Assembly (NCBI GenBank): GCA_963803145.1
Contig: CAWDLW010000018.1
Coordinates: 64,001 to 128,000, forward strand
Reading direction: 5' to 3'
Source: Methanotrichaceae archaeon
GTDB taxonomy: Archaea; Halobacteriota; Methanosarcinia; Methanotrichales; Methanotrichaceae
Length of the DNA stretch: 64,000 nucleotides
Shown piece by piece: positions 10,868 to 21,145 of this stretch. The first letter of the stretch is position 1. Each line of letters opens with the position of its first letter. The notes beneath the pieces were generated by a model that was given only the letters and a program-made list of their open reading frames with translations, had not been told where the DNA came from and made no database searches. The position numbers and the translations under genes are program-made.

Positions 10868-12265
10868 CTGTACTCTCCAAGTTTCTCACCAATTTATAAT
10901 CTCCATTCTATATCAAGTCATATCTTATATCCCTGTTCTTTGATTAGATAGAGTAAACCACTATCAGGAACTGGCAAATTAAAGTATTGTAATACATATA
11001 TAAAGGCATCAATGAATGCTTGAGCCTTTATACTATCTATCATATCTCCAATCGTTCTATTTTGTTGATTTCTTTCCACTGGTGGGTTTTTGAGTTCATA
11101 TAAAACGATAGCTGTCCAGACTGAGAAAACCATCTGAATAAATCTTTCAATTGATCGTTTTCCTCTTAATTGATAATCCTTGAATCCCAATTTTTGATTT
11201 GACTCTCTATGAGCAGTCTCAATATCCCACCTATCCTCATAAATAGAAAGGATTTCTACCAAAGATAGTGAACAATTGGTGCTAATAAAGTAGTTGGCGT
11301 CACCATTTTTCTTTTTCTTTGAGATGACTAGCTTTACTTTGCCAATCTTATCTAAGATGACTTCTTTTTCGATTGCATAATATACCTTCTTCTTGCCGCG
11401 AACTTGGACTGTAGTTCTTCTATAATAAATTTCGTCAATCTGATTTGCCAAGTCCCTGACCTGAAAGGACATATCCTTATTTATCCATACCTTTTTATTA
11501 GACTTAATTTCACAAACGACTTGATGACCTAAGTTCAGGCATTTAGTTATAAAATCAGCAGAAAACCACCAGCTGTCGAAAACAACATAAAGACTCAAGC
11601 CTTTTGGTATTTTTAAGGGCTCGATGATATCTTTATAAGCGATTTCTATTTTAGTCATGAAATCTTCACTGCTGTCTATCTCTTTAGTATACATTTTTGC
11701 TTTATGTGGTATAAATATACCTCTAGATTGGAGGACTGAGGTAACAAAGTTGTTACCCATAATATAGTCATCTTTGCAATGATCGTAAAACTTGCCCACG
11801 CCATCAGTACATTTCCCTTCCTTTTCATTATATGTATCGTCTATAATTAATAATATTTTGTCGCTTGCACTTAACTGAAGAGCTTCTATAAATAGATCCG
11901 CACTGCGCTGAGCTACTTCGTTCTCATCCCAGATTGCATCACTAAAGAACCAATTATAGGAAGAGCGTGATTTCGTACATTCTCGATCCTTTGCCATAGC
12001 ATCACTAAGGTGTGCGATGGTCTTAGATTTATCACATACGCTCAGTGCTGAAATCATATCACAGAAAGAATTATAGCTCGGTATGGTGAATAAATCTTTA
12101 AATTCTTTTAGAAATGGCTCTAACTGTAATGGAATCTTAACTAATTTGATCATGACATAGTAAAATACTTTTATAAATAAATCTATTTTGTATCAAGAAT
12201 TAATTTTAATGGTAAAAGAAAATATAGCTATAAATATAAAGCTATGAAAAAGTTGGAGAGTACAG
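10868..12265 (-). mobile_element. Complete IS701-like insertion sequence (1398 bp)
   Basis: 21-bp TIRs CTGTACTCTCCAAGTTTCTCA / TGAAAAAGTTGGAGAGTACAG (19/21 match). 8-bp TSD TACGATTA at 10860-10867 and 12266-12273. AT-rich interior. Confidence 0.92.
10918..12153 (-). CDS. DDE transposase, IS701-like
   Basis: IIDDT, VVFDSWW and Y..RWDIE..HR..Q.LG catalytic motifs. Confidence 0.92.
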   Translation of the reverse strand: MIKLVKIPLQLEPFLKEFKDLFTIPSYNSFCDMISALSVCDKSKTIAHLSDAMAKDRECTKSRSSYNWFFSDAIWDENEVAQRSADLFIEALQLSASDKILLIIDDTYNEKEGKCTDGVGKFYDHCKDDYIMGNNFVTSVLQSRGIFIPHKAKMYTKEIDSSEDFMTKIEIAYKDIIEPLKIPKGLSLYVVFDSWWFSADFITKCLNLGHQVVCEIKSNKKVWINKDMSFQVRDLANQIDEIYYRRTTVQVRGKKKVYYAIEKEVILDKIGKVKLVISKKKKNGDANYFISTNCSLSLVEILSIYEDRWDIETAHRESNQKLGFKDYQLRGKRSIERFIQMVFSVWTAIVLYELKNPPVERNQQNRTIGDMIDSIKAQAFIDAFIYVLQYFNLPVPDSGLLYLIKEQGYKI

Positions 12266-12480
12266 TACGATTATATACAAAGGAAAATTACATACAATCC
12301 AACCTTATACCTGAAAAGGAGTTAATAGGAATCTCGATTAAAAAGTAGTATATTATTTTTATGATATATTGGAGTACCTCCAAAGGGTTTAATGTTCGTA
12401 AAGCGTAGACATCAATCACAGACTTTTAGTACTTAATAATTGAATCAGCTAGCAATATTATTGGCCTATGGGATAGGGAT

Positions 12481-15400
12481 ATGAGGACCACTAGACTTAG
12501 CTCGCATCAAACAGCTTTGATTGCTTTCATCGTTCTGCTGATTATATGGTGGCAAGCGAGCATGTTCTACCAGTCCCAACTAATTTTGGATAAGCAGGAT
12601 CAGGTCTATTCGCAGCTGGATCCTTATGGAAATGCATTAACTATAGCGATAAACCAACGCATTGATACGCTCAACGGCATAGAGGCATTTGTAAATTCAG
12701 AGATGTATCCCTCCGACTCATCATTTGAAACTAAATTCGAAAGATTCGCTAGTAGTGTTCACAACAAAAGTGATGGAATCAGGAACATAGCTGTGGCTCC
12801 AGGAGGAATAGCCAGCTATGTTTACCCCATGAAGGGAAACGAAATCGTTAAGGGTGCCGATTTCTTGCATAGCCCCGAGCCCAAGTATCGCGTTGAAATG
12901 CAAAAAGCCATCGAATTGCATCGTGTAGTTCTGAGCGTTCCTCACCAAATGAAAATTGGGACGCTCGGAATTTTCGCACGGAAAGCCATCTACAGAAATA
13001 ATACCTTCTGGGGGATTATATCATTGGTCCTCGATATTCCTCCAATCATCAAATCAACGGGGTTAAGCTCCAGCACAAACAACTTGGAGCTTGCATTGCG
13101 TGATAGTTCAAAACAGGTATTTTTCGGAAAGGTTTCAGTCTTTAATGCAAGTCCCATCATTTACAGCATTAAGCTTCCAGATGGCAACTGGGAACTGGCA
13201 GGAATACCCACTGGCGGCTGGAATAAATCCATCGAAGAACCTCTAATGTTATTTCAGGCCTCTGGACTGATCATTGTGGTTCTTCTGACATGTCTCATAT
13301 ATTTTATCAGCAGCCGTCAGCATTTTCTATCAATGGCCGTAAAGAAGCAGACATCAGATTTACAAAGAGAGCTTACTGAGCGAATGACCGCCCAGGATGC
13401 GCTTCGAGATTCTGAGGAGATATATCGGCTGGTTGTAGAAAATGCCAATGAAATGATAGTTATCGCTCAGGATGGACTTCTTAAGTTCTTTAATCGTAAA
13501 ACAATCGATTTTACTGGTTATTCAAGAGAAGAACTGATATCCAAAACTTTTTCAGAAATAATCCACCCCGAAGATAGGGAAAAAGTTGCCAAGAACCACC
13601 TGAAAAGACTCAAGGGAGAGGATATCCCAGGGACATATGATTTCAGGATTATTGATAAAAAAGGACGGATCAAGTGGGTAGAGATCAATGCTGTATTGAT
13701 AACATGGCTCGGACAGCCAGCCACATTGAACTTCTTGAATGATATCACTGAGCGTAAACATGCAGAGGAGGAGCTATATAGAAAAGACCATCTGCTCGGA
13801 GGAGTAGCCCTCGCCACAAACATCCTTCTCACTGAAACGAATATAGATTCTGCGATCACTCAAACTCTGGAGATTCTAGGCGCATCCGCAGATGCAGACA
13901 GGGTTTACATCTTCGAGAACCGTGAATCTGGAAATGATGAATATCTTGCAGATCAGCGTTATGAATGGGTCAGAGACATTGGCCAGCCTTCAAAGGATAA
14001 ATCCGATTCCAGGAGCTTTGCCTATTACCCGGCTATGCCCCGTTGGTATGACAAGCTTTCGATAGGATATCCTATCAAAGGCTTGGTTCGAGAATTTCCT
14101 GAATCTGAAAGGAAGACGCTTGAGCATGAAAATATTGTATCTCTCTTGGCTATTCCAATCTTTGTAGCAGGCAAGTTCTGGGGTTTTATCGGCTTCGATG
14201 ATTGCCACTTTGAGCGTGCCTGGACGGGAGCTTACGTATCTATTCTTCAGGCCGCCGCGACCTCTATAGGCGGAGCAATTGCCCGAAGGCAGGCGGAAAA
14301 TAGCCTTAGAAAAGCCAAAGAGGCTGCGGAGTCCGCAACTATAGCCAAATCAGAGTTCCTCGCAAATATGAGCCACGAGATAAGGACTCCGTTAAATGCA
14401 GTTATTGGCCTAACTGGGCTACTTCTAAGAACTGACCTGACCCAAGAACAATCTGATTATGTAGAAACTATTAGAAGCAGCGGTGATTCACTACTATCGC
14501 TTATAAACGATATTCTGGATTTTTCGAAGATAGATAGCGGCAAAATGGAGCTCGAATCCCAGCCGTTTGATCTGCGTTCTTGCATCGAGGACTCCCTAAA
14601 TTTGGTGGCTACGAAGGCGTCTGAGAAAGGCATAGACCTGGCCTATATCATCGACAGCAGCACTCCTGAAATAATTATGGGCGATCCTACAAGACTTCGC
14701 CAGATATTGGTCAACTTACTTAGCAATGCAGTCAAGTTCACAGAAAAAGGCAAAGTAACAATATCAGTCTCTGGCCGGAAGCTTGAGGACAGCAACCATG
14801 AAATCCACTTTGCGATTACAGATACTGGGATCGGTATCCCAAAGGATAGAATAAGCCTCCTTTTCCAATCATTCAGCCAGGTTGATGCCTCCACTACACG
14901 TAAATATGGCGGGACGGGACTTGGCCTAGCCATAAGCAAGCACCTCGTCGAATTGATGGGTGGAAAGATTTGGGCTGAATCAGAGATAGGTAAGGGTTCC
15001 ACCTTCCATTTCACGATTCAGGCTGCAAATACAACCATAAAGCCCAATGGTTCTCAAACAGCTGTTACTCAGGTTCAGCTTGATCCGAAATTAGGCCAAT
15101 CAAATCCTCTGCGTATCCTTCTTGCAGAGGATAATGCAGTAAACCAGAAGGTTGCGAGGTCGATGCTCAAGAAGATCGGATATGAAGCGGATGTTGCTGC
15201 CAATGGGCTTGAAGTGCTCCAGGCATTAGAGCGTCAGCCCTATGATGTGGTTCTTATGGATGTGCAGATGCCAGAGATGGATGGCATTGAGGCAGCCAGA
15301 AGGATACGCGAGCGATGGCATAATGGGCCGAAGATCATTGCTATCACTGCCTACGCCCTTGAGGGTGATAGGGATAGATGCCTCAACGCAGGAATGGATG

Positions 15401-15486
15401 ATTACATAAGCAAACCCATAAAGATAGAAGAGCTGCAGAGCAAACTTATTAAGATAGGCATCGGCAATAGGAAATCCAAGCTCTAA
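12481..15486 (+). CDS. Membrane hybrid histidine kinase (TM-CHASE-TM-PAS-GAF-HisKA-HATPase-REC)
   Basis: Two hydrophobic segments flank an extracellular sensor. DITERK PAS end, GFIGFDDC GAF, MSHEIRTPLN H-box, GGTGLGL, and VLMDVQMPEMDG receiver. Confidence 0.93.
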   Translation: MRTTRLSSHQTALIAFIVLLIIWWQASMFYQSQLILDKQDQVYSQLDPYGNALTIAINQRIDTLNGIEAFVNSEMYPSDSSFETKFERFASSVHNKSDGIRNIAVAPGGIASYVYPMKGNEIVKGADFLHSPEPKYRVEMQKAIELHRVVLSVPHQMKIGTLGIFARKAIYRNNTFWGIISLVLDIPPIIKSTGLSSSTNNLELALRDSSKQVFFGKVSVFNASPIIYSIKLPDGNWELAGIPTGGWNKSIEEPLMLFQASGLIIVVLLTCLIYFISSRQHFLSMAVKKQTSDLQRELTERMTAQDALRDSEEIYRLVVENANEMIVIAQDGLLKFFNRKTIDFTGYSREELISKTFSEIIHPEDREKVAKNHLKRLKGEDIPGTYDFRIIDKKGRIKWVEINAVLITWLGQPATLNFLNDITERKHAEEELYRKDHLLGGVALATNILLTETNIDSAITQTLEILGASADADRVYIFENRESGNDEYLADQRYEWVRDIGQPSKDKSDSRSFAYYPAMPRWYDKLSIGYPIKGLVREFPESERKTLEHENIVSLLAIPIFVAGKFWGFIGFDDCHFERAWTGAYVSILQAAATSIGGAIARRQAENSLRKAKEAAESATIAKSEFLANMSHEIRTPLNAVIGLTGLLLRTDLTQEQSDYVETIRSSGDSLLSLINDILDFSKIDSGKMELESQPFDLRSCIEDSLNLVATKASEKGIDLAYIIDSSTPEIIMGDPTRLRQILVNLLSNAVKFTEKGKVTISVSGRKLEDSNHEIHFAITDTGIGIPKDRISLLFQSFSQVDASTTRKYGGTGLGLAISKHLVELMGGKIWAESEIGKGSTFHFTIQAANTTIKPNGSQTAVTQVQLDPKLGQSNPLRILLAEDNAVNQKVARSMLKKIGYEADVAANGLEVLQALERQPYDVVLMDVQMPEMDGIEAARRIRERWHNGPKIIAITAYALEGDRDRCLNAGMDDYISKPIKIEELQSKLIKIGIGNRKSKL

Positions 15487-15735
15487 TCGTAATCCTATAT
15501 GAAATTCTATATAAAATTCGATATCAGCATTTAGATGATTCTGTAAAAGAGTTTCGTGTGCTGCTGCTGCTTTATGGGGGCGGTGATGACAGAAGAACCG
15601 CTATTCTTAAACTACCATCTCCGTTGCAGCAGCCCTATATACAACAGTTCCCTCCCTGCTAACCTCAACCCACTAACCTTAATATCCTCGCTAACTTTAA
15701 TAAAGAGGGCTGCAAAGTGCTTTATGTGGAATTAT

Positions 15736-16986
15736 ATGTCCTTCGAGATTGAAAGCATTCATGCTCGTGAGATACTTGATTCACGAGGAAATCCAACTGT
15801 GGAAGTCGATCTCTATACCTGCTGCGGCTTCGGAAGGGCCGCTGTTCCCTCTGGTGCGTCCACTGGAACCCACGAGGCCCTTGAGCTTCGTGATGGAGGA
15901 GATAGATACGATGGCAAAGGCGTTCTGCAGGCGGTTAAGAATGTTAATGAGGTAATTGCTCCAAAGCTCATAGGAATGAATGCCTCAGCCCAGAGAGAGA
16001 TCGATAATTTTATGATCGAGCTTGACGGCACGCCGAACAAGTCCAACCTGGGTGCAAATGCAATTCTGGGCGTATCTCTGGCAGCCGCAAAAGCAGCCGC
16101 CATGTCCTCAGGATCACAGCTCTACAAATACCTTGGCGGCGTAAATACCAACAGGATCCCTGTCCCTTCCTTCAATGTTCTGAACGGCGGACAGCATGCA
16201 GGAAATGAGCTTGCAATTCAGGAGTTCATGATTCTGCCTACGGGAGCCCCAAGCTTCAGCGAAGGTCTCAGAATGGCTGCCGAGACTTATCATGCACTTG
16301 GCAAGATACTCAAGGGCAAATATGGCGTAGGGGCGACAAACGTAGGCTTTGAGGGAGGCTTTGCCCCGCCACTCTCCAAGACACGTGATGCGCTTGATGC
16401 CATTATGAGCGCCTTGGATGCATCCGGCTACAGCGATGAGATCAAAATTGGAATCGATGCTGCAGCCTCAAGTTTCTATATGGATGGCGGCTACTCAATC
16501 GATGGCGACAGGCTGACAGGAAAGGAGCTTGCCGATTATTACGATGATCTTGTGAAGACCTATCCTATAGTTTCCCTTGAGGACCCCTTTGAGGAGGATG
16601 GATTCGAGGATTTTGCAAGGCTTAGGGCTATGCTCCCGGATACAATAATAATCGGAGACGATCTCTACGTTACAAACGTTACGAGAATCGAAAAGGGCAT
16701 ACAGATGTGTGCCACCAATGCCCTGCTGCTCAAGCTCAACCAGATAGGCTCCGTATCTGAGGCATTCGATGCAGCCCGCATGGCTTTCCGGGCAGGCTGG
16801 AAGGTCATGGCCAGCCACCGATCGGCGGAGACTGAGGACTCTGCACTGGCAGATGTGTCTGTCGCACTTGGCTGCGAGCTGCTCAAGACAGGAGCTCCTG
16901 CAAGATCCGAGAGGACTGCGAAGTACAACCAGCTCCTTAGAATTCAGGAGGAGTTGGGAGGCGCGGCAACCTACGCAAAGATCTGA
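15736..16986 (+). CDS. eno: Enolase
   Basis: REILDSRGNPTVEV, LLLKLNQIG and SHRS.ETED motifs. Start placed at MSFEI. Confidence 0.97.
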   Translation: MSFEIESIHAREILDSRGNPTVEVDLYTCCGFGRAAVPSGASTGTHEALELRDGGDRYDGKGVLQAVKNVNEVIAPKLIGMNASAQREIDNFMIELDGTPNKSNLGANAILGVSLAAAKAAAMSSGSQLYKYLGGVNTNRIPVPSFNVLNGGQHAGNELAIQEFMILPTGAPSFSEGLRMAAETYHALGKILKGKYGVGATNVGFEGGFAPPLSKTRDALDAIMSALDASGYSDEIKIGIDAAASSFYMDGGYSIDGDRLTGKELADYYDDLVKTYPIVSLEDPFEEDGFEDFARLRAMLPDTIIIGDDLYVTNVTRIEKGIQMCATNALLLKLNQIGSVSEAFDAARMAFRAGWKVMASHRSAETEDSALADVSVALGCELLKTGAPARSERTAKYNQLLRIQEELGGAATYAKI

Positions 16987-17157
16987 GGATCTGAGCGCCT
17001 ATCTATCGATTGTGGTGGGCTTATATGCCCGCCATAAATATTGCATCGTTTGTTATGGACGGTTATCATAAATTATTTTAGTTAATAGTGCTGGCAGCAA
17101 TGTCATCAGATTGACCACTCGAAAGATCTATAGTAGATCAACACTTTGGAGGAGACT

Positions 17158-17475
17158 ATGGATTACCCATTCAAGAGAGGCTTCAAGCCCGATATCGAGA
17201 GAATTCGAATGGCTCTGGTGGAGGAGTTCCCAACTGAGATCCGCCAGGAGGAGGAAAAGCTTATCCTCAACTACGGCGCCATGAAGAGCATTGCTGTCTG
17301 GATCGAGAACAAGCGGCTGAACGTAGTAACGGAATCTACGCAAGGCTTAAGCGACAGCGTCATTTTAGATACAAATAAACGATTCAGAGATTTCCTTGAG
17401 AAGGCTACGGGCTACACCGCCAAGCAGAGGCTTCAGATGGCGAAGAAGGAGGTTTCAAAGGGAAAGGAGGATTAA
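17158..17475 (+). CDS. DUF5611-like conserved archaeal protein
   Basis: Y.FKRGF, YGAMK and FLEKATGYTAKQR motifs. GGAGG upstream. Confidence 0.75.
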   Translation: MDYPFKRGFKPDIERIRMALVEEFPTEIRQEEEKLILNYGAMKSIAVWIENKRLNVVTESTQGLSDSVILDTNKRFRDFLEKATGYTAKQRLQMAKKEVSKGKED

Positions 17476-17576
17476 GCTGTATCTTTCTCTTTAATGTAAG
17501 GATGATTCGTTTATCTTATCTCCAACAACCATATCGCCTGCTTTCCAGAACATTCCCCCAGCGAGGGGTTAGGGGC

Positions 17577-17772
17577 AGCCCGCGCGGCGACTGAGCGCGC
17601 TAGGAAGAACATTAGGTTTAGTTCCAAAATGCAGAGCGCCAGAAAAATAGCTTAGGCACTATCTTTTGCAGTAATTCTATTCATTTTCCACTTCACATTC
17701 CGGAGCGCCCGCGAGTCGCTTCGCTCCCGCGCTAGCTAAAACGGGGCTGTCGCTCAGTCGCCGCGACGGGCT
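17577..17772. repeat. GC-rich inverted-repeat element (REP/MITE-like) at the left edge of the island
   Basis: AGCCCGCGCGGCGACTGAGCG (17577-17597) pairs with CGCTCAGTCGCCGCGACGGGCT (17751-17772), with one bulged base. Confidence 0.7.
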
Positions 17773-18037
17773 AACGCCCTCCGGGACGGTTCATATGAGG
17801 AGGTACAGGCAGGTTGGTTGACTACCCTTATTGTACAGTGATTTCTGATTTCCATTATAATCAGAAATTCCAAACTCGTTGGCTTACGTTCAGAGAATAA
17901 GAAGATCCAAAACATACTGACCGCTCTGCTCAAAAATTGGTATACATGTCATCTACCAAAACTATATCGTTAGTTACATCATTTGGCTACAATAGAAACG
18001 CATAGATGTTGCAAACCATCAAATAGGTGATGGGAAT

Positions 18038-18788
18038 ATGGTAAAATTGTTATAGTGGATATGGTACAAAATGCAAAGCATGTGGTAAGCAAGTAAGCTT
18101 GAATCCAAAAAGGCTGAAAGAGATAAAAGGTGGTTATACGCTAGATAATGTGATCAAGAAAGGAATCGAGATCGCTAAGCAAAATATACCTGTCTCTCAA
18201 AAATTGACTGTGCCAAAATCCGAGGCAATCAATATTCAAAAAAAGGAGACTGCCCATATTGAAGCCATTGGATTCGTTTATCTATTGCTGGATTGTTCTG
18301 GAAGCATGGAAGGCCAAAAGCTCAAACAGGCTAAGATCGGAGCATTGAAATTTGCAGGTGAAGCGATCGCTAAAGGATATCGCGTGGGATTGATCCAATT
18401 TGCATCAAGAGCCGTCCTTTCATGCGAACCCCAGCGAACACTTTCACATTTAGATAGCTCGCTAAGAGAGATACGGGCCAGTGGATCAACAAACATGACC
18501 GATGCTATCCAGTTGGCAACCCAAAAGCTTTTGGACAAAGGGCCACTTCGGAGTATATACATTGTAACTGATGGCATGCCAGATAATCCACAAACAGCTT
18601 TAGACGCCGCTCAACGAGCAAAGAAACATAGAATTGATATTATCACTATTGGGACAGATGACGCCGATGATGATTTTCTTAAAAAAATTGCCACGCGAAG
18701 AGAGCTAGGAATAAAAGTCTCACGAGATCAATTTGAGAATACAATTTCTTCGGTAGCAAAAATGTTGCCCCTACCTCCCGGCCATTAA
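18038..18788 (+). CDS. vWA-domain protein, possibly frameshifted just after the start
   Basis: MIDAS motif DCSGS...GST...VTDG. GGTGA plus ATG at 18038 is out of frame by 1 nt with the open frame CYSGYGTKCKACGKQ that leads into the track ORF (TTG at 18099). Confidence 0.85.
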
Positions 18789-18800
18789 AGGAGTTAGATC

Positions 18801-20909
18801 ATGTCAGAAGATTGGGAGATGAAGTGGAAGGATTATTACGATATCTTAGGTGTCAAGAAGAATGCTAGTTCAGCTGAAATTGGGAAAGCTTTTAAATTAA
18901 TTTCAAAATTGTTCCATCCGGACAAGGTTGATAAGGAACTTGAAGAATGGGCAAAAACACGATTTCAGGAAATTGAAGAAGCTCGCAGAACTTTAGTAAA
19001 TAGCGAAATAAGAAAGAAATATGATTACGCGTGGGATAAACGTGATTGGGAGATGAAGTGGAAGGATTATTACGATATCTTAGGTGTCAAGAAGAATGCT
19101 AGTTCAGCTGAAATTGAGAAAGCTTTTGAACTAATTTCAAAATTGTTCCATCCGGACCTGGTTGATAAGGAACTAGAAGAATGGGCAAGAACACGACTTC
19201 AGGAAATTGAAGAAGCTCGTAGAACTTTAGTAAATAGCGAAATAAGAAAGAAATATGATTACGCGCGGGATAAACATGAAGACATTAGTACTGGACAGAG
19301 CTATGCAAGTGATTCAACAGCTAATCCTCCGAAATTCAAAGTTGATCCTCCTTACATTTACATTAGTGATTTGGAAGCTGGACAATCAAAAAATTTTCCG
19401 TTCGTTGTTAGAAATGAAGGTGGACCGTACAATGGCCAAATAGATGTCAGTAGTTCTAACTCCTGGATCAAAATAGCCGATAAATATAGGTTAGATCCTA
19501 ATGATGTACTACCTTATAAGGCTGATATAGAGGTCCACGGATCGGAAGGGGACAAAACTTACCTTGGAGAAATCGAAGTCACTTTAGAAAATGAAACAAT
19601 TCGTGTCCAGGTGGAACTTAAAACAAAACCAAAAGCCGAAGCCAGAAAAAGAGAAAAATCTCAAGCGGTTCCAAACATTAATAAATATTCAAATATTTCG
19701 AGGATATTGTCTGGGAAAAGAAAATATCTATTATCAATTCTCGCTGCACTTATGCTTATTTTCGCTGCACCCATACTTATTTTGATTTATTTTGAACATA
19801 ATAATTCATTTTCAAATTCAGTAATAATTCAATCCGATGATGGTAATAAATTGTGGAATGAAATCTTCCCCCATAATGATCTTAGGTGTGTTAGGCAGAC
19901 CAGTGACGGGGGGTATATTGCAGTAGGCGATACAAAGCCTTGGATTTTTCATTGTGCATGGTTGATCAAAACAGACATGTATGGCAACAAGCAATGGGAC
20001 AGATCATTCGGCTCTGTTGATTCTGGACGATCTGTTCAGCAAACCCGCGATGGTGGATATATTATAATCGGCAGCGCCGATTACAGTAACGATCAAAATT
20101 ATGCATGGATAATTAAGACTGATGCTAGCGGCAATAAGCAATGGGTTAAAGATTTTCGCGGACCAGATAATAGTTGGAAAGGTTTGGGAGAATCGGTTCA
20201 ACAGACTAGTGAGGGTGGTTATGTATTGCTAGTAGCACAAGAGAATGATCTATTATTGATAAAGACCGATGCTAATGGCAATGAACTGTGGTATAATAGC
20301 TTGGTAAAATATGAGAAATATGAGAATCCGCCTTATAATCAGCCCACCATTTATGGAAAATCCGTTCAGCAGACTAATGATGGTGGATATATCATAGTCG
20401 GTTCAGTAGTTTCCCAAGATACTGATAGTTTGGATGCGGGGATAATCAAGACTGATACAGAAGGCAAGATATTGTGGGATAGAACCTTCGGAGGACCCGA
20501 AATGGATGGAGGCTTTTCAGTAAGACAGACAAGTAATGGCGGCTACATAATTCTAGGTCACTCGGATTATAATGCTTGGCTGATCAAAACAGATGCCTTT
20601 GGCAATAAACTATGGAACAAATCCCTTGGAATTGATATGATGTGGTCCTGGACCGGAGATGCTCTATGGCAGACTAGGGATAGTGGCTATATTATAACAG
20701 GCAGGTCTCAAGGCAATGCATCGCTGGTCAAAACGAACGCTAATGGCGATAAAATTTGGGGTAAGACTTTTTTGAAAGATCATGATAGCTGGGGCAATTC
20801 AGTGCAGCAGACCGATGATGGAGGCTACATTATTGCTGGATGCACATTTGTAGATACAGGGAAATTTAATGGCATGCTGATTAAGACCGATGCAAACGGA
20901 AACGTGTAA
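18801..20909 (+). CDS. Protein with two J domains, an Ig-like domain, one TM helix and a C-terminal beta-propeller
   Basis: Two DYYDILGV...HPD units, TM segment LLSILAALMLIFAAPILILIYF, and about 7 QQT.DGGYII...IKTD..GN..W repeats. Confidence 0.88.
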   Translation: MSEDWEMKWKDYYDILGVKKNASSAEIGKAFKLISKLFHPDKVDKELEEWAKTRFQEIEEARRTLVNSEIRKKYDYAWDKRDWEMKWKDYYDILGVKKNASSAEIEKAFELISKLFHPDLVDKELEEWARTRLQEIEEARRTLVNSEIRKKYDYARDKHEDISTGQSYASDSTANPPKFKVDPPYIYISDLEAGQSKNFPFVVRNEGGPYNGQIDVSSSNSWIKIADKYRLDPNDVLPYKADIEVHGSEGDKTYLGEIEVTLENETIRVQVELKTKPKAEARKREKSQAVPNINKYSNISRILSGKRKYLLSILAALMLIFAAPILILIYFEHNNSFSNSVIIQSDDGNKLWNEIFPHNDLRCVRQTSDGGYIAVGDTKPWIFHCAWLIKTDMYGNKQWDRSFGSVDSGRSVQQTRDGGYIIIGSADYSNDQNYAWIIKTDASGNKQWVKDFRGPDNSWKGLGESVQQTSEGGYVLLVAQENDLLLIKTDANGNELWYNSLVKYEKYENPPYNQPTIYGKSVQQTNDGGYIIVGSVVSQDTDSLDAGIIKTDTEGKILWDRTFGGPEMDGGFSVRQTSNGGYIILGHSDYNAWLIKTDAFGNKLWNKSLGIDMMWSWTGDALWQTRDSGYIITGRSQGNASLVKTNANGDKIWGKTFLKDHDSWGNSVQQTDDGGYIIAGCTFVDTGKFNGMLIKTDANGNV
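18810..19277 (+). repeat. Near-identical 234-bp tandem duplication encoding the two J domains
   Basis: Copies at 18810-19043 and 19044-19277 differ only by scattered substitutions. Confidence 0.95.
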
Positions 20910-20972
20910 TCTTGTTCGCACCTAAATTAGTGTTAAGATAGAAGACCCATACTTTTAAATCAATATCGTTTA

Positions 20973-21145
20973 CTGTAGTCTCCAAGTTTTTGATTTTGCA
21001 TACAAAATATAAACAATCGGCTGATAAAATAATACTATATTTTATGATGATAGCACGAAATAGGTATACAACATTATCTAATTATGTTAAAATTAAATTC
21101 GGTTTATAAAGTTGGCGGTTGCAGCTAAAAACTTGGAAACTACAG
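20973..21145. mobile_element. 173-bp MITE related to the IS701-like element
   Basis: TIRs CTGTAGTCTCCAAGTTTTT / AAAAACTTGGAAACTACAG (18/19 match). 7-bp TSD TCGTTTA at 20966-20972 and 21146-21152. No ORF inside. Confidence 0.9.

Noticed and set aside
12481-15486. Naming the kinase filI
   Set aside because: Orthology cannot be established by eye, so no gene symbol was assigned.
15575-15640. Fluoride (crcB) riboswitch upstream of eno
   Set aside because: It shares only GGTGATG and AACCGC. The complementary CRCC arm and the downstream GCTGATGA..CCTA pseudoknot segment are absent.
17577-17772. Integron attC site
   Set aside because: No properly placed RYYYAAC/GTTRRRY ends, a single copy only, and no integrase in the window.
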